The notes beneath the pieces are model-generated. The model had not been told where the DNA came from. It did no database searches and saw only the letters and a list, made by a program, of their open reading frames with translations. The position numbers were made by a program, and so were the translations under genes. A DNA stretch of 64,000 nucleotides from a virus: the IMG/VR virus record IMGVR_UViG_3300033153_005382, positions 20,862 through 84,861 of that record. One strand, 5' to 3'. Positions within the stretch are counted from its first letter, which is position 1; the number at the start of each line of letters is the position of its first letter. This document shows positions 16,458-26,098 of this stretch, one piece after another.

Positions 16458-16497
16458 TGCTATTCTCCGTGAGTTAGAGTTTCAGTCGTCCAGTCAT

Positions 16498-17025
16498 TCA
16501 CTCACCTACCGTGTCTCGTAATTCCGCGAAGAAGTCGAGCGTGCCGTGCATCTCGACACCGTCATCCTCGGCTGCCTCGTCGTTGGCACGGCTCGCCGCT
16601 GCCACCAGTTCGTCGTCAGTTGTCGCAGCGGTGATGCCGTATCCCTCTCGCGTTTCGTCCTTGCCGAGACATGTAATCAACCAGTCGCTCGCATCGACCT
16701 GCACGCGAGATGCCGCCTCGGTGATCCATTGCTCGACAATATCCTTGTCGTCGTCGAACTCGTCATCACCTACGGTTTGCTCAACCGTGAACCCGGCCTC
16801 GTGCACTGTTCGTCTGGCATCCTCGACGGTGTCGAACGCGCCGCGAGCGTACGCTGACCAATCGTTGGTCGTGCCGAGCCAGCCGGTAATGAGTTCCTCG
16901 TCACTCTGGTTGGTGCGACCTGGAGTGTAGCAAATCTGCATTACGTGCCAGGTGTCGCCGATGATGCTCCCGTCACTGGCTTTGTCATCGGGTCCAACGT
17001 ACTTGCGTTCAATTAGGTAAAACAC
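16498..17025 (-). CDS. Acidic hypothetical protein in a GC-richer segment
   Basis: GTG at 17025 follows GAGGAG, a better start than the track's 17148. Confidence 0.6.
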   Translation of the reverse strand: MFYLIERKYVGPDDKASDGSIIGDTWHVMQICYTPGRTNQSDEELITGWLGTTNDWSAYARGAFDTVEDARRTVHEAGFTVEQTVGDDEFDDDKDIVEQWITEAASRVQVDASDWLITCLGKDETREGYGITAATTDDELVAAASRANDEAAEDDGVEMHGTLDFFAELRDTVGE

Positions 17026-17053
17026 GGTCGTTCTCCTCAGGTTAGACAGTAGG

Positions 17054-17245
17054 TTACAAGACGAAGTCGTCGTAATCGAAGTCGGCGTCGTACACTCTTT
17101 CGATTTCCGCTCGCAGTAGCTTCGCGGTCGTCGGATCAACCAATTCAATGGCGATCAGCGTCGCCTCAACGTGATTTTGCGTCAGAACTCGCCGGTGCCA
17201 TTTTTCCTTTGCAGCAGTGCAGAGAGCGACGCCATCCTCACTCAA
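17054..17245 (-). CDS. Hypothetical protein (possibly 5'-truncated)
   Basis: ORF track; lies at the edge of the GC-richer segment. Confidence 0.4.
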   Translation of the reverse strand: MSEDGVALCTAAKEKWHRRVLTQNHVEATLIAIELVDPTTAKLLRAEIERVYDADFDYDDFVL

Positions 17246-17348
17246 CTATTATAAAACTTGCACAAGGTCTTGAGCCTTTTCATACACATCACCTCCTTCC
17301 TGATCTTGAGTCTTTCAGAAACAAACCTGTCTTTCCGTCCTATTATAG

Positions 17349-18704
17349 TTATAGCCCCTTGTCCCGTAAACCGGACAGCAGTTTGTCAAGAATATCAAAA
17401 TTATTCTTGACCTTACGTCCGTCCAAAACTGCTGTGAGAATCTCTTGCTTCTTCTGCAGAACCTTACACAACTTCTCCTCTATGGTGTCAGCCGCAACGA
17501 AGTACCTTACCCATACAGTACTTTCTGTTCCTATTCTCCAAGCACGATCCTCTCCCTGCAATGCTAATCCTGGCTGCCACGGCAGCTCGGCGAAACAGAC
17601 GTTCCTGGCTACTTGTAATCCATCCAGTCCTACTCCTGCTGCCCTTAGATTACCAATGAACAACCGTACCTCTGAATCGCTCCGAAACTGCTTAACCGCC
17701 TCAATCCTCTTCTTGCTACTAGTTGATCCATCTATCACAACTGACTTCCCTTTACAATTCCGCCTCAACGAATCAATAGCACCTGCGTGGATAGCAAACA
17801 CTACAAGTTTCTCATCCGACCGTTCCAGAAACTCGTTTATCCACTCGACTACGTATCGCATCTTCAACCTAGCTGCAAGTCTGACCAGATACCCGACCTT
17901 CGTCAATCCTTGTGAACGCTCGGCTTTCCTAGCTCGACCCTTATCCCATTCCTCTAGCCACTCTAGAAAATAACTATTCGCCTTCCGATACTCAGCCGGA
18001 GCCTTCATTGGCAACGGAATAACCGTTCTCACCTTTAGTGGAAACTGATCCAACACGTCGACTTTCCGACGTCTTACCATACACAAATCCATCAACTTGT
18101 CGTGCAATTCCCTTGTGTTCGACGCCCCATCGTACTTCCATCCCCATGGCGTCATCTGCGGATTACAATACCGTTCAATGAACTTCCATCGGCTCCGAAA
18201 CTCTCTTGGCTTCAACATCTTCAAAATCGAGTACATCTCAATGGTCCGATTCTCCATTGGCGTAGCAGACAATCCTAACACATACGGCACCCCTTTGGCC
18301 AAAGCATGACAAGCCATGGTCCGCTTCGCTTTCAAATTTGAAATCTTCTGACACTCGTCAATGATCAAAGTCCGAATTGGCAATTCCGTAAGCACTTTTA
18401 ACCAATGAGTCAAGATGTCGAAATTCACAACTGTAAGATCGACTAGGGGTAAACGCTTCCCTGGCCTCGTTCCCTCCAAAACTTGTGGCTTGACTCCTAA
18501 CACCTTCTCTGCTTCCTTAGCCCATTGACATTTGATCGAGGCTGGACATACAACAACGGCTGGGGAGGCATCGTCCTTGTGCCTCCCCAGCCACCAAAGC
18601 GAACAGTTCGTCTTTCCAAGTCCAGGGTCCCACGCTACGAGAGCTCTTCCCTTGAACTCTTCGATCCTATCTAAATCCTCGACTTGGAAGTCGTACGGTT
18701 TCAT
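17349..18704 (-). CDS. SNF2/HARP-like superfamily 2 helicase
   Basis: DPGLGKT, VCPASIK, IIDECQ, LSATP, KLVVFA, GVGLDG, QGEDRAWRIG. Confidence 0.9.
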   Translation of the reverse strand: MKPYDFQVEDLDRIEEFKGRALVAWDPGLGKTNCSLWWLGRHKDDASPAVVVCPASIKCQWAKEAEKVLGVKPQVLEGTRPGKRLPLVDLTVVNFDILTHWLKVLTELPIRTLIIDECQKISNLKAKRTMACHALAKGVPYVLGLSATPMENRTIEMYSILKMLKPREFRSRWKFIERYCNPQMTPWGWKYDGASNTRELHDKLMDLCMVRRRKVDVLDQFPLKVRTVIPLPMKAPAEYRKANSYFLEWLEEWDKGRARKAERSQGLTKVGYLVRLAARLKMRYVVEWINEFLERSDEKLVVFAIHAGAIDSLRRNCKGKSVVIDGSTSSKKRIEAVKQFRSDSEVRLFIGNLRAAGVGLDGLQVARNVCFAELPWQPGLALQGEDRAWRIGTESTVWVRYFVAADTIEEKLCKVLQKKQEILTAVLDGRKVKNNFDILDKLLSGLRDKGL

Positions 18705-18937
18705 TTAATCTTACTTTCGGTTACTGCCTTGACTTCATCGAAGTGCTTCCTACACACAGTCACTCCGCATCCTCCTTCGACGTCGAACTCAACATACCCC
18801 TTGGCTGAGCACTGCACAGGCTTGCCCGCCCGATCCAATCCGACTTCCCTCTGGCACTTGGCCTTACTCGGCTTTAGGCTCATCAACTTCATAACGTGGT
18901 CTCCTTTTTGGTAGTCCAATACTCTCGATCGTCCCAA
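18701..18937 (-). CDS. Small Cys-containing hypothetical protein
   Basis: ORF track; C..C..C..CRKH pattern; true start may be at MKLMS. Confidence 0.45.
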   Translation of the reverse strand: MGRSRVLDYQKGDHVMKLMSLKPSKAKCQREVGLDRAGKPVQCSAKGYVEFDVEGGCGVTVCRKHFDEVKAVTESKIK

Positions 18938-19077
18938 TGCCTCTCGGTCCGATTCAGTCCCTTACGATCATCCTCTGCCTCTGTCTTTGTATCATATGGG
19001 CCATATGGCCCGTCCTCTTCGTCTCCTACGATCCACCAACTATTTCCCATTCGTCTGACGGTAAATCGCATAATCAA
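18889..19077 (-). CDS. Hypothetical protein
   Basis: Strong RBS AAGGAGG preceded by a TATAATAG box. Confidence 0.6.
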   Translation of the reverse strand: MIMRFTVRRMGNSWWIVGDEEDGPYGPYDTKTEAEDDRKGLNRTERHWDDREYWTTKKETTL

Positions 19078-19114
19078 TCCTCCTTTCTATTATAGCCTAG
19101 ATCCTTGGAACGTT

Positions 19115-19642
19115 CTAATCAACTTCCCACTTCTTCGGCTCACTCTCCCGGTGCTCTTTCAACTCCTTCTGCAAATCCCTCAATATCAAATTCCACTGCT
19201 TCCACTTCCTACTGATCTTCCTCGCTCTCGGAGTCTCGGCCATTGTGGAGAACTTTACCCGACGAGGCTTTTGGGATTTTCCTATTTCGACGATGTCGTG
19301 CATGGGAACACCTACATATCGATGCCACAACTCAGTCACAAACGTGGCGAACACTGGTCCATGCTGATATCCTTGCGTCAGTACATGAGCTACTTCGTGT
19401 AACACAACACACTTCGTCCATGACCACTCTGGCAGAACGATTCTCCAACTACTAGCCCTAGCATCCCAATTTCTCCGACCCTTAACGACTCTCGGAGGAT
19501 TCGAACCTGAACGATAGTCCTCCCAAACCTCTGCGACCAGGGATTTGCATTGCTCCCACGTCAAACGTTCCTCCAACTCCGGAAAGGTCTCACGAACCTT
19601 TTCCTCCCACCTATACACTGCACTCCTTTGACTATCCTTCAT
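19115..19642 (-). CDS. SprT-like zincin metallopeptidase
   Basis: VVLHEVAH...HGPVF; begins with a DSQRSAVYRWE N-terminus. Confidence 0.7.
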   Translation of the reverse strand: MKDSQRSAVYRWEEKVRETFPELEERLTWEQCKSLVAEVWEDYRSGSNPPRVVKGRRNWDARASSWRIVLPEWSWTKCVVLHEVAHVLTQGYQHGPVFATFVTELWHRYVGVPMHDIVEIGKSQKPRRVKFSTMAETPRARKISRKWKQWNLILRDLQKELKEHRESEPKKWEVD

Positions 19643-20139
19643 ATGGCATCTCCTATCTCGTTGAACACATTGTGCCACCGACATAGTGACCACTTCCATT
19701 CCTTAAAACACTTCCTCACGGCTTCCTCTCGGTCCTGCTTTCTTAGCCATGACTTGACAATCTCATCGCTCGTCTCCGTGATGGCGATGATCAATTTCCT
19801 AGCATCGTCAGACAACTCGAACATCAAAGTCCTCAACCGGTCCTGTCCTTGACCTGGATTACCATCCATGGTAGACCCATTGTTCTTGAACCTCTGCGAC
19901 TGCTTGATACACTTCTTACGTCGAATCAACAACCCTCCCCTCACCTGCCAATAGACCCAAGTCGAAAACTTCGTTCCCCGACTTGGATCATAGGTCAAAT
20001 AGGCCCGCGTATACCACTCCATGGCGGTCCCGATACGATCTTCGACTGAGCACTGATCACAACACTGAATCTGCCTAGCTAACTTGAAAATCAAAAGACG
20101 GACATCTTCATACGTTTCTTCCTTTGCTTCGGCAATCAT
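19639..20139 (-). CDS. Sigma-70 region-2-like transcription factor
   Basis: AYLTYDPSRGTKFSTWVYWQVRG matches sigma region 2.3-2.4 (FDP.RG.KFSTYA.WWIR). Confidence 0.7.
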   Translation of the reverse strand: MIAEAKEETYEDVRLLIFKLARQIQCCDQCSVEDRIGTAMEWYTRAYLTYDPSRGTKFSTWVYWQVRGGLLIRRKKCIKQSQRFKNNGSTMDGNPGQGQDRLRTLMFELSDDARKLIIAITETSDEIVKSWLRKQDREEAVRKCFKEWKWSLCRWHNVFNEIGDAI

Positions 20140-20151
20140 GACCGCCTCCTT

Positions 20152-20439
20152 TCAGTCTATGACCCATCCGTCGTTCACTAATGACTCCACATCCTCATAC
20201 TCCCACGTGTCTGCCCTCTGCAAAGCTTCCCTACTAATCGCAAACACATTGATCAAATACACTACCGGATACGCTTCCCTTGCCCCTTTCAGAGCAAAGA
20301 CAATTCCCAGCTTTACCTCACCGTCCCTCGTTCTTTTTACAGGGGCAGCAAGAAGTCCTCCCCAAGACCTCCAACGCTTAACATCCTTCAAGTACAAAAA
20401 CGAACGTTCCCTTCTTGTAAGTCCTGCTACCGCAACCAT
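20152..20439 (-). CDS. Hypothetical protein
   Basis: RBS AAGGAG; C-terminal DGWVID. Confidence 0.55.
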   Translation of the reverse strand: MVAVAGLTRRERSFLYLKDVKRWRSWGGLLAAPVKRTRDGEVKLGIVFALKGAREAYPVVYLINVFAISREALQRADTWEYEDVESLVNDGWVID

Positions 20440-20506
20440 TGCAACACTCCTTTCAATCCAATGTCTAAATTGTCAAACTCCTCTTCCCTGTTCCTACGAT
20501 CGACTT

Positions 20507-20725
20507 CTACTGCTTCATCCCTACCGACAATCCATGACTGTGACCATGGTGGGCATGTGCATGGGCATGTCCCGTCTTATGCTTGACTGTGACCTCTCCA
20601 CCGACAAGCTCTGCCAAGGCCTCAAGCATTTCATCAGCAGACTGATGGTTCTTGCCACTGACAGCATCAGTCTCGATCGTTATCGTACCGTCCTCTAATA
20701 TCTCAAACTTGATCGTATCCATCAA
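20507..20725 (-). CDS. DUF2997-like protein
   Basis: IKFEILEDGTITIETDAVSG..H....LEALAELVG with a His-rich tail; lies near the Ycf46-like ATPase. Confidence 0.55.
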   Translation of the reverse strand: MMDTIKFEILEDGTITIETDAVSGKNHQSADEMLEALAELVGGEVTVKHKTGHAHAHAHHGHSHGLSVGMKQ

Positions 20726-20777
20726 ATCTCTCCTTTCTTGGTTCCAACGAACATCACTCGGGATGGCCGCTGATTGC

Positions 20778-20966
20778 TCAACTCTGTCGACTGCAAGATA
20801 CTGCAGTCCCGTAGGCCTTGATCTTGTCCTCCAAAACGAGATGCCACGGCTTTTTGATTTCCTCGATTACCTGTCTTAACAGCTCACCGAGTTTATCTCT
20901 GAACTCTGGATCGGCCTTGTTGACCATTCCAATAACAGTGCCGGGATACTGTTTCTTGTAATCCAT
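20778..20966 (-). CDS. Hypothetical protein
   Basis: RBS GGAGG. Confidence 0.45.
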   Translation of the reverse strand: MDYKKQYPGTVIGMVNKADPEFRDKLGELLRQVIEEIKKPWHLVLEDKIKAYGTAVSCSRQS

Positions 20967-20977
20967 TTCGTTCCTCC

Positions 20978-21289
20978 TTAGAATCGACGGAGAACACCTC
21001 TCGTCTCAGTCTCGGATTTCCTTGTCCACATATTCATCTTAGCGACCCTATCCAACGCTGCAGACGAATATGCCCGTTTCAACTGGTTCAGCTTCGACTG
21101 CTGCCACTCCTCCAACTTAGCCTCCTGTCTTCTTAGGTCAATCTCAATTCCTTCGTTTTCCCTCGTCAACATTATCCTGTCCGCGTGCTCTGTAAACCCC
21201 CATCCTAAGTTCGTCAGAGCCTTGATCAACAAACCCTTGTGCTGAGCCTGAAACTCAACACTCATTGTCCTCACTTCGTAACACGGCAT
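20978..21289 (-). CDS. DUF1257/Ycf35-like protein
   Basis: LLIKALTNLGW...LNQLKRAYS....VAKM.MW pattern; context with the AAA ATPase and DUF2997. Confidence 0.5.
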   Translation of the reverse strand: MPCYEVRTMSVEFQAQHKGLLIKALTNLGWGFTEHADRIMLTRENEGIEIDLRRQEAKLEEWQQSKLNQLKRAYSSAALDRVAKMNMWTRKSETETRGVLRRF

Positions 21290-21743
21290 TGGATCGATCC
21301 TCCTTCTTGGACTGGTTCTCGTCTTGACTGACTATTTCGGACAGAATTTTCAGTTCAGGCAAAACAGTCTGTCCCAACTCCTCATTCAATCTCACCAACT
21401 CCTTGGCGATTATACCTACAGCATACCTCAACTGTTTCACAGTTCCCATGGCCGTCCCCCCATTGGCTTTGCTTTTTGTCCTGTGCGGCCAATTCCCTTT
21501 GATATAGCCCTCCGACCTCATCGCTACTGCAAACGACGTCAACGCGGACTCGGTTGTCTCCGCTCCGATCTCTTCGTGAATCAGGTCTACGGCTTTGTCC
21601 CTTGTAATATCGCTCTCCTGTATTCGTTTCCAGTTGTTCTCCAGCCAACGACGAATCGCATACGCTTGACTGGCCATAACTTGTTCTCCTGTGTTACGGT
21701 TGCCTGAGTCCTCAAATATAACCCCTAACCCTATGGACATCAA
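21255..21743 (-). CDS. Hypothetical protein
   Basis: ORF track; the likely start is MASQ after AGGAG. Confidence 0.5.
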   Translation of the reverse strand: MMSIGLGVIFEDSGNRNTGEQVMASQAYAIRRWLENNWKRIQESDITRDKAVDLIHEEIGAETTESALTSFAVAMRSEGYIKGNWPHRTKSKANGGTAMGTVKQLRYAVGIIAKELVRLNEELGQTVLPELKILSEIVSQDENQSKKEDRSNAVLRSEDNEC

Positions 21744-21763
21744 TAGCCCTGCCTTACACTACA

Positions 21764-23242
21764 TCAGTTCAACTCCATCTTCCTCGTCCGAGTGTCCTTC
21801 TCGATCCTGAACAATCCAAGCTCCGATGCGGATAGGTACCGGCCATCGCAATCCTTACGAAGCTTTTCGATCCTTTCCCTATCCTGCGTGTACACCGGTA
21901 TGACATACTGAGCAGCTTCGGTCAAACTACAATCAAACTCATATGAGTTATCGCAGCAGTTCTCGATTTCTGCTCCAGTCCAATTCGTATCGTTCGGTAT
22001 GTCTTGGTTCGGATCCAAGTCATACTTCCTAAGGTAATGCTGCCATATCGACTCCCGCTCCTCCTTGGTCGGAAGATCGACAAAGAAAGTACCGCAGCGA
22101 AACCTCCTCCTCAACTCCGGCGGGAGCGAACTAATCGAATTGCACGTCGCGATCCAGAACGACTCCCCTCCAGTCACTGACGTCACTACCTTCAAATTCG
22201 ACCGCATGGCCGTCTCTGACTCCCCAACGAGCGATCCCTTCATCCCATTGAGATCAAACGCAATGGTCGGTACTCCAGCTTGGTTTCCCATCGCCTTCGC
22301 AATCAATGACTTGCCAGTTCCAGGAGGGCCAATCAAAATTATCCCTCGAACCTTGAAGTCCTGCATGTAGGTCAGCAACTGTTGCAGAAACCCCTGCGAC
22401 ACTCCTGACGAATCGCCGCCAGCGGTCGAACTGCCTGCGATCATCTTCTCGATCTCGTCGATGAACACAATCCCTTTTGGTGGTTTCCTTCCGTCGATGA
22501 CCATCTTGCCGAACTGTTTCAAGTTCGCCAGTCCTTGTATGTCATCAAAACTCTCGTTGCCCTGCCAGATCGAAATTCCCTTCTGCTGTTCCACTTGCCG
22601 CCGCTTGGCTTCCCAAACTCCCTCAGCGTCGACACCGTCCTTTAGAATGTTCATTGCAACGATATTCTCAGCCGCTCCGAGCGGCAATCCTCTAACGGCA
22701 TCTACGACCTGAGCCTTGGTCCTATCCTCCATCCGTGCCCTACCTTTGACGACTTCACTGGCCTGCTCGTCAAGCATTCCTACCATGCTGCCCAACGCCT
22801 CATCATCCGGATACTCCTCCTCGAGAATCACTACATCGTTTGCCAAACTGGCTGGCAGTGTCAAGGTCGCCCCTAACAAAACGACCATCCGTTGCGTTGC
22901 CTTATACGGATTCCTCAAATTCCAAATGCCCTGCCGAACAGTCGACTCGTTCAGCCACTCATCCATTCCCAAGACGAACATCACGATCCCTTCGGGCAAC
23001 TCGGGTGCGGCGTCCATCAACATGGCCGTTGGGTTGCCTATGACCTCACTATTCGCATAGGCCATCCCAAGTTCGTTCACACCCCAAATACCCCGAATAC
23101 AATCCCAAGCGACGACCGGCGTGTTGCCATTGACTGCTTCTGTAATCTCCTCGATGGTAGCTGTGGGATCGGGAGTCTCGACTCCTGTCAACGGTACGCC
23201 TGCTCGTCTGGCTCTTCTGAATTGCTCAACCAAACTCATCAC
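21764..23242 (-). CDS. Ycf46-like AAA+ ATPase with permuted motif order
   Basis: WDCIRG, FDDIQGL, FIDEIEK (Walker B), GPPGTGKS (Walker A), GESE, IATCN, LPPELRRRF, FFVDLP, TGAEIE. Confidence 0.85.
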   Translation of the reverse strand: MMSLVEQFRRARRAGVPLTGVETPDPTATIEEITEAVNGNTPVVAWDCIRGIWGVNELGMAYANSEVIGNPTAMLMDAAPELPEGIVMFVLGMDEWLNESTVRQGIWNLRNPYKATQRMVVLLGATLTLPASLANDVVILEEEYPDDEALGSMVGMLDEQASEVVKGRARMEDRTKAQVVDAVRGLPLGAAENIVAMNILKDGVDAEGVWEAKRRQVEQQKGISIWQGNESFDDIQGLANLKQFGKMVIDGRKPPKGIVFIDEIEKMIAGSSTAGGDSSGVSQGFLQQLLTYMQDFKVRGIILIGPPGTGKSLIAKAMGNQAGVPTIAFDLNGMKGSLVGESETAMRSNLKVVTSVTGGESFWIATCNSISSLPPELRRRFRCGTFFVDLPTKEERESIWQHYLRKYDLDPNQDIPNDTNWTGAEIENCCDNSYEFDCSLTEAAQYVIPVYTQDRERIEKLRKDCDGRYLSASELGLFRIEKDTRTRKMELN

Positions 23243-23307
23243 TATTCTCCTTATACTGGTGGAAAGACAAACGGCCCCTTCTCTGCTCCTACCTCACTCT
23301 CCTTGCC

Positions 23308-24180
23308 TCACTCGTCGAAGCTGAACTTCCGCTTCGTTTTCGTTACCAACCTTTCCAATCCTTTGGAAACCTCAGACAGTTCCTTGGTGACCTTGGCCTT
23401 CACATCACTCACCCGCAAGTCAGAAGCATCCTTGCCGTCGAGAATGTCCTGTGCCTTCGTGGCCAACGCTGCCAGTTCCCTGTCCTTCAACACATTCCTC
23501 TTGCTGAACAGATCCAAAAACTCCTTGACCTTCTCGACGGCTCTTGGGTGGAGCTTGCTCTTCGTTCCATCGGGGGATTCCTTAAGCTGACTAAGCAGAT
23601 GCGTAATCAACTTGGACAGTCCGACTTGTAATGCAACAGAGACCTGACCTTCAGCCACCTCCCACTTGGCCTTTGCCTTCTTCAACTCCTTCTCGTACAA
23701 CACTTCACCTAGCGTTGCGTTGTCAGGAGTCTGGAACTCGAGCAACTGCCAATCCAACCCAAACGCTCTTCGAATCCGCTCAACGCTTGGGAACTGCCGT
23801 TCGTCGAACTGTGACCTCAGCCTCTTCTTCGCGTCCTCCTTAATCGCTGGCCAATCCTTCGACAACTGCTTGGCAGCTTCGTCATACTCTTCCTTGGCCT
23901 TCTCCAATATCTCATAGCAATCTTCCAAGCAGTCGACTGGCATCAAGTACGTTCCGTTCTTAAACGGACTCGGCAACGCATACCGTGCCAACTTCTTCCT
24001 CACCGTGGTTCGTATCGATGCCGTCTTGTTGTAATACGGAGACCTGAAAATCTCCTTAGACATTTTCAACGAATCCGCATCAGCATCTACATCGACATCC
24101 GACAAAGATGCCGGTCGAGCCGCATTCGGCGTGTGAAAATTCACATCCAACACCACCGTCGCTTTCTGTAACCTACTCAT
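23308..24180 (-). CDS. DUF3150-like helical protein
   Basis: LARYALPSPFKNGTYLMP...FDERQFPSVERIRRAF; families of this type co-occur with AAA modules in mobile elements. Confidence 0.45.
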   Translation of the reverse strand: MSRLQKATVVLDVNFHTPNAARPASLSDVDVDADADSLKMSKEIFRSPYYNKTASIRTTVRKKLARYALPSPFKNGTYLMPVDCLEDCYEILEKAKEEYDEAAKQLSKDWPAIKEDAKKRLRSQFDERQFPSVERIRRAFGLDWQLLEFQTPDNATLGEVLYEKELKKAKAKWEVAEGQVSVALQVGLSKLITHLLSQLKESPDGTKSKLHPRAVEKVKEFLDLFSKRNVLKDRELAALATKAQDILDGKDASDLRVSDVKAKVTKELSEVSKGLERLVTKTKRKFSFDE

Positions 24181-24344
24181 CTCTTTCTCCTTTTCAATTT
24201 CCTGAACCTAACTAACAATCACCTACCCGTTCCGCTGACTACCACCAATAGGTCTCAAACAGCCTAACTCCTCCAACTCCGTGATCCAACTCCTTTTTGT
24301 TCGCTTTGCTTTGGAAAGACCGACTCTCGTCCTTGCCCCATTGT

Positions 24345-24776
24345 CTAATACAACGGTCTGTGAAAGAACAAACCACACCGACGGCACTCCATCGACACAT
24401 CTCCATAATCCAAAGTACATGTCGACTGATCCTCCCAGTCGTGTCCTTCAGCCCAACACTGTGATGCCGAGTACATCGAATCGACGAACCCTTGATACTC
24501 GACGATCCAAGGCAAACAAGTCAGACACCCGATCACTCGTCCCCACTTTCCTTTGTCGCCCCACGACTCGCAGATCTGATCCCAGTGGTCCTCGATAAAG
24601 CTTTGCACCGTCAGTCCTTCATAAGGCATTCCTTCTACCTCATGGGGCATTCCCGACGTGGCCTCCTCAATCCATTGTCCCATTTGTCTAGTCCAATCAC
24701 TCTTGAACCGTGGAACCTGGACATTCGACTCATCTTGTCCTCGTACTTGAAAGCCCATCGTTCTTTCCTTTCTCAA
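24345..24776 (-). CDS. Hypothetical early protein with a C-terminal Zn-ribbon-like motif
   Basis: CWAEGHDW...CRRCG. Confidence 0.5.
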   Translation of the reverse strand: MRKERTMGFQVRGQDESNVQVPRFKSDWTRQMGQWIEEATSGMPHEVEGMPYEGLTVQSFIEDHWDQICESWGDKGKWGRVIGCLTCLPWIVEYQGFVDSMYSASQCWAEGHDWEDQSTCTLDYGDVSMECRRCGLFFHRPLY

Positions 24777-24988
24777 TACGTGTAGAAGTAGCCACCATGG
24801 TTACAGCCTACCCGACCACACTTGATAACCTTAAAGTCCAACTCAATCTCCTGCAATGACATCTTGAACGTTCCCGTCAAGATGAACACCGTTCTTGTGT
24901 CCACCTTAATGGCCCGATCCAAGCCCACACTTATACGGGGATTCGGAATCCAAAACGCATCGCCGATTTCGAGTTCCCTGAACATCAC
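24773..24988 (-). CDS. Hypothetical early protein
   Basis: RBS AAGGAGG; begins MFRELEIGD.F. Confidence 0.55.
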   Translation of the reverse strand: MMFRELEIGDAFWIPNPRISVGLDRAIKVDTRTVFILTGTFKMSLQEIELDFKVIKCGRVGCNHGGYFYTY

Positions 24989-24997
24989 TGTCCTCCT

Positions 24998-25366
24998 TTA
25001 TTCTGCCCCATCGAATACTCTTCCATGGGCGAAGTCGTCCCACCCGTCGGCAGCGTCCTTCTCCAAACTGACAACTGCCTTTTTGAACATATCGCTGAGC
25101 TCCTTCTCAGACTCAGCTGCATCTGCCAAACTGGCGAGCATTACAAACTCCTTCCAGTTCAAGCAATCACCAACAAAATCCTCCGGGTCGTAGGGCAGTC
25201 TCTCGACCATTCTATCAATCACTACCTTGTCCACTTGACCAACCGCAACAGCATTGATCAACTGGTACAACGAAACATCTGCATCCTCGTCGCCCCTGAA
25301 CCAATCACCTCTCTCCCTACTTGATTGGATCCTGCCTTTCGAGAAATCAAATCTTGGTAATTTCAT
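24998..25366 (-). CDS. Hypothetical early protein
   Basis: RBS GGAGG; acidic. Confidence 0.55.
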   Translation of the reverse strand: MKLPRFDFSKGRIQSSRERGDWFRGDEDADVSLYQLINAVAVGQVDKVVIDRMVERLPYDPEDFVGDCLNWKEFVMLASLADAAESEKELSDMFKKAVVSLEKDAADGWDDFAHGRVFDGAE

Positions 25367-25531
25367 TGATCAACCCTCCTCTTGTGTTACTTGTTCTGAC
25401 GATTAACAACTGCTCAAAATCGTCGAGCAACGGGATACACTGACCCAACTGCTCCCTGTCGAACACCATCGCCTCGTCTTTCATGCCGGGCATGAAACAC
25501 ATATCCTCCTGGCTCCTCTTCCCTTCCTCAA

Positions 25532-26098
25532 CTAGAATTCGCCAACGAAATTGATCTCGTCGACCAGCCTGATTTCAGCTTCTTCCTCGTCCATTCCATA
25601 CCCACCTACCATGCTCATCCAATATTGCATCAACCCATGATAATAATCCTCCCAGGTCAACTCTGGCTTGGGTTTCCCTCCTTTGCTAGGCCATCCGTCA
25701 TACGGCTCTGCCAGATGCTCACAACCGATGTTCGTCAAAGCCCGACAGCAGAGTTCCTGACAATACTCGTCGCCACTCTCACACCTCTTCTTCAGTTCCC
25801 ACAAGCTGCTAATCGGCTTGTACTGAAGAACCTTGAACCGCACCCAAAAGTACGAGTTCTTCCTCACTCCTTCGCTGCCTTTGAACGTGGCCCAATGATC
25901 GCCTTTGTCGACGACTTGGATCCTGAACAACTTCCTGATGTCCTTCTCTAGATCCTCCTCCGAGCGTCCATGCTTATAAAAGTATCCTCTCCGAACTGTC
26001 CACTCCCCTTCCTTCCGGTGGTTCGTGACATGTCCCTTGTCGTCATTGGAACCGAAATTCTCATGCAAGATCGTCCTGATTTCCTTAGCCGTTTTCAT
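25532..26098 (-). CDS. Hypothetical early protein (first convincing ORF after the early promoter)
   Basis: RBS AAGGAG; contains WTVRRGYFY. Confidence 0.6.
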   Translation of the reverse strand: MKTAKEIRTILHENFGSNDDKGHVTNHRKEGEWTVRRGYFYKHGRSEEDLEKDIRKLFRIQVVDKGDHWATFKGSEGVRKNSYFWVRFKVLQYKPISSLWELKKRCESGDEYCQELCCRALTNIGCEHLAEPYDGWPSKGGKPKPELTWEDYYHGLMQYWMSMVGGYGMDEEEAEIRLVDEINFVGEF

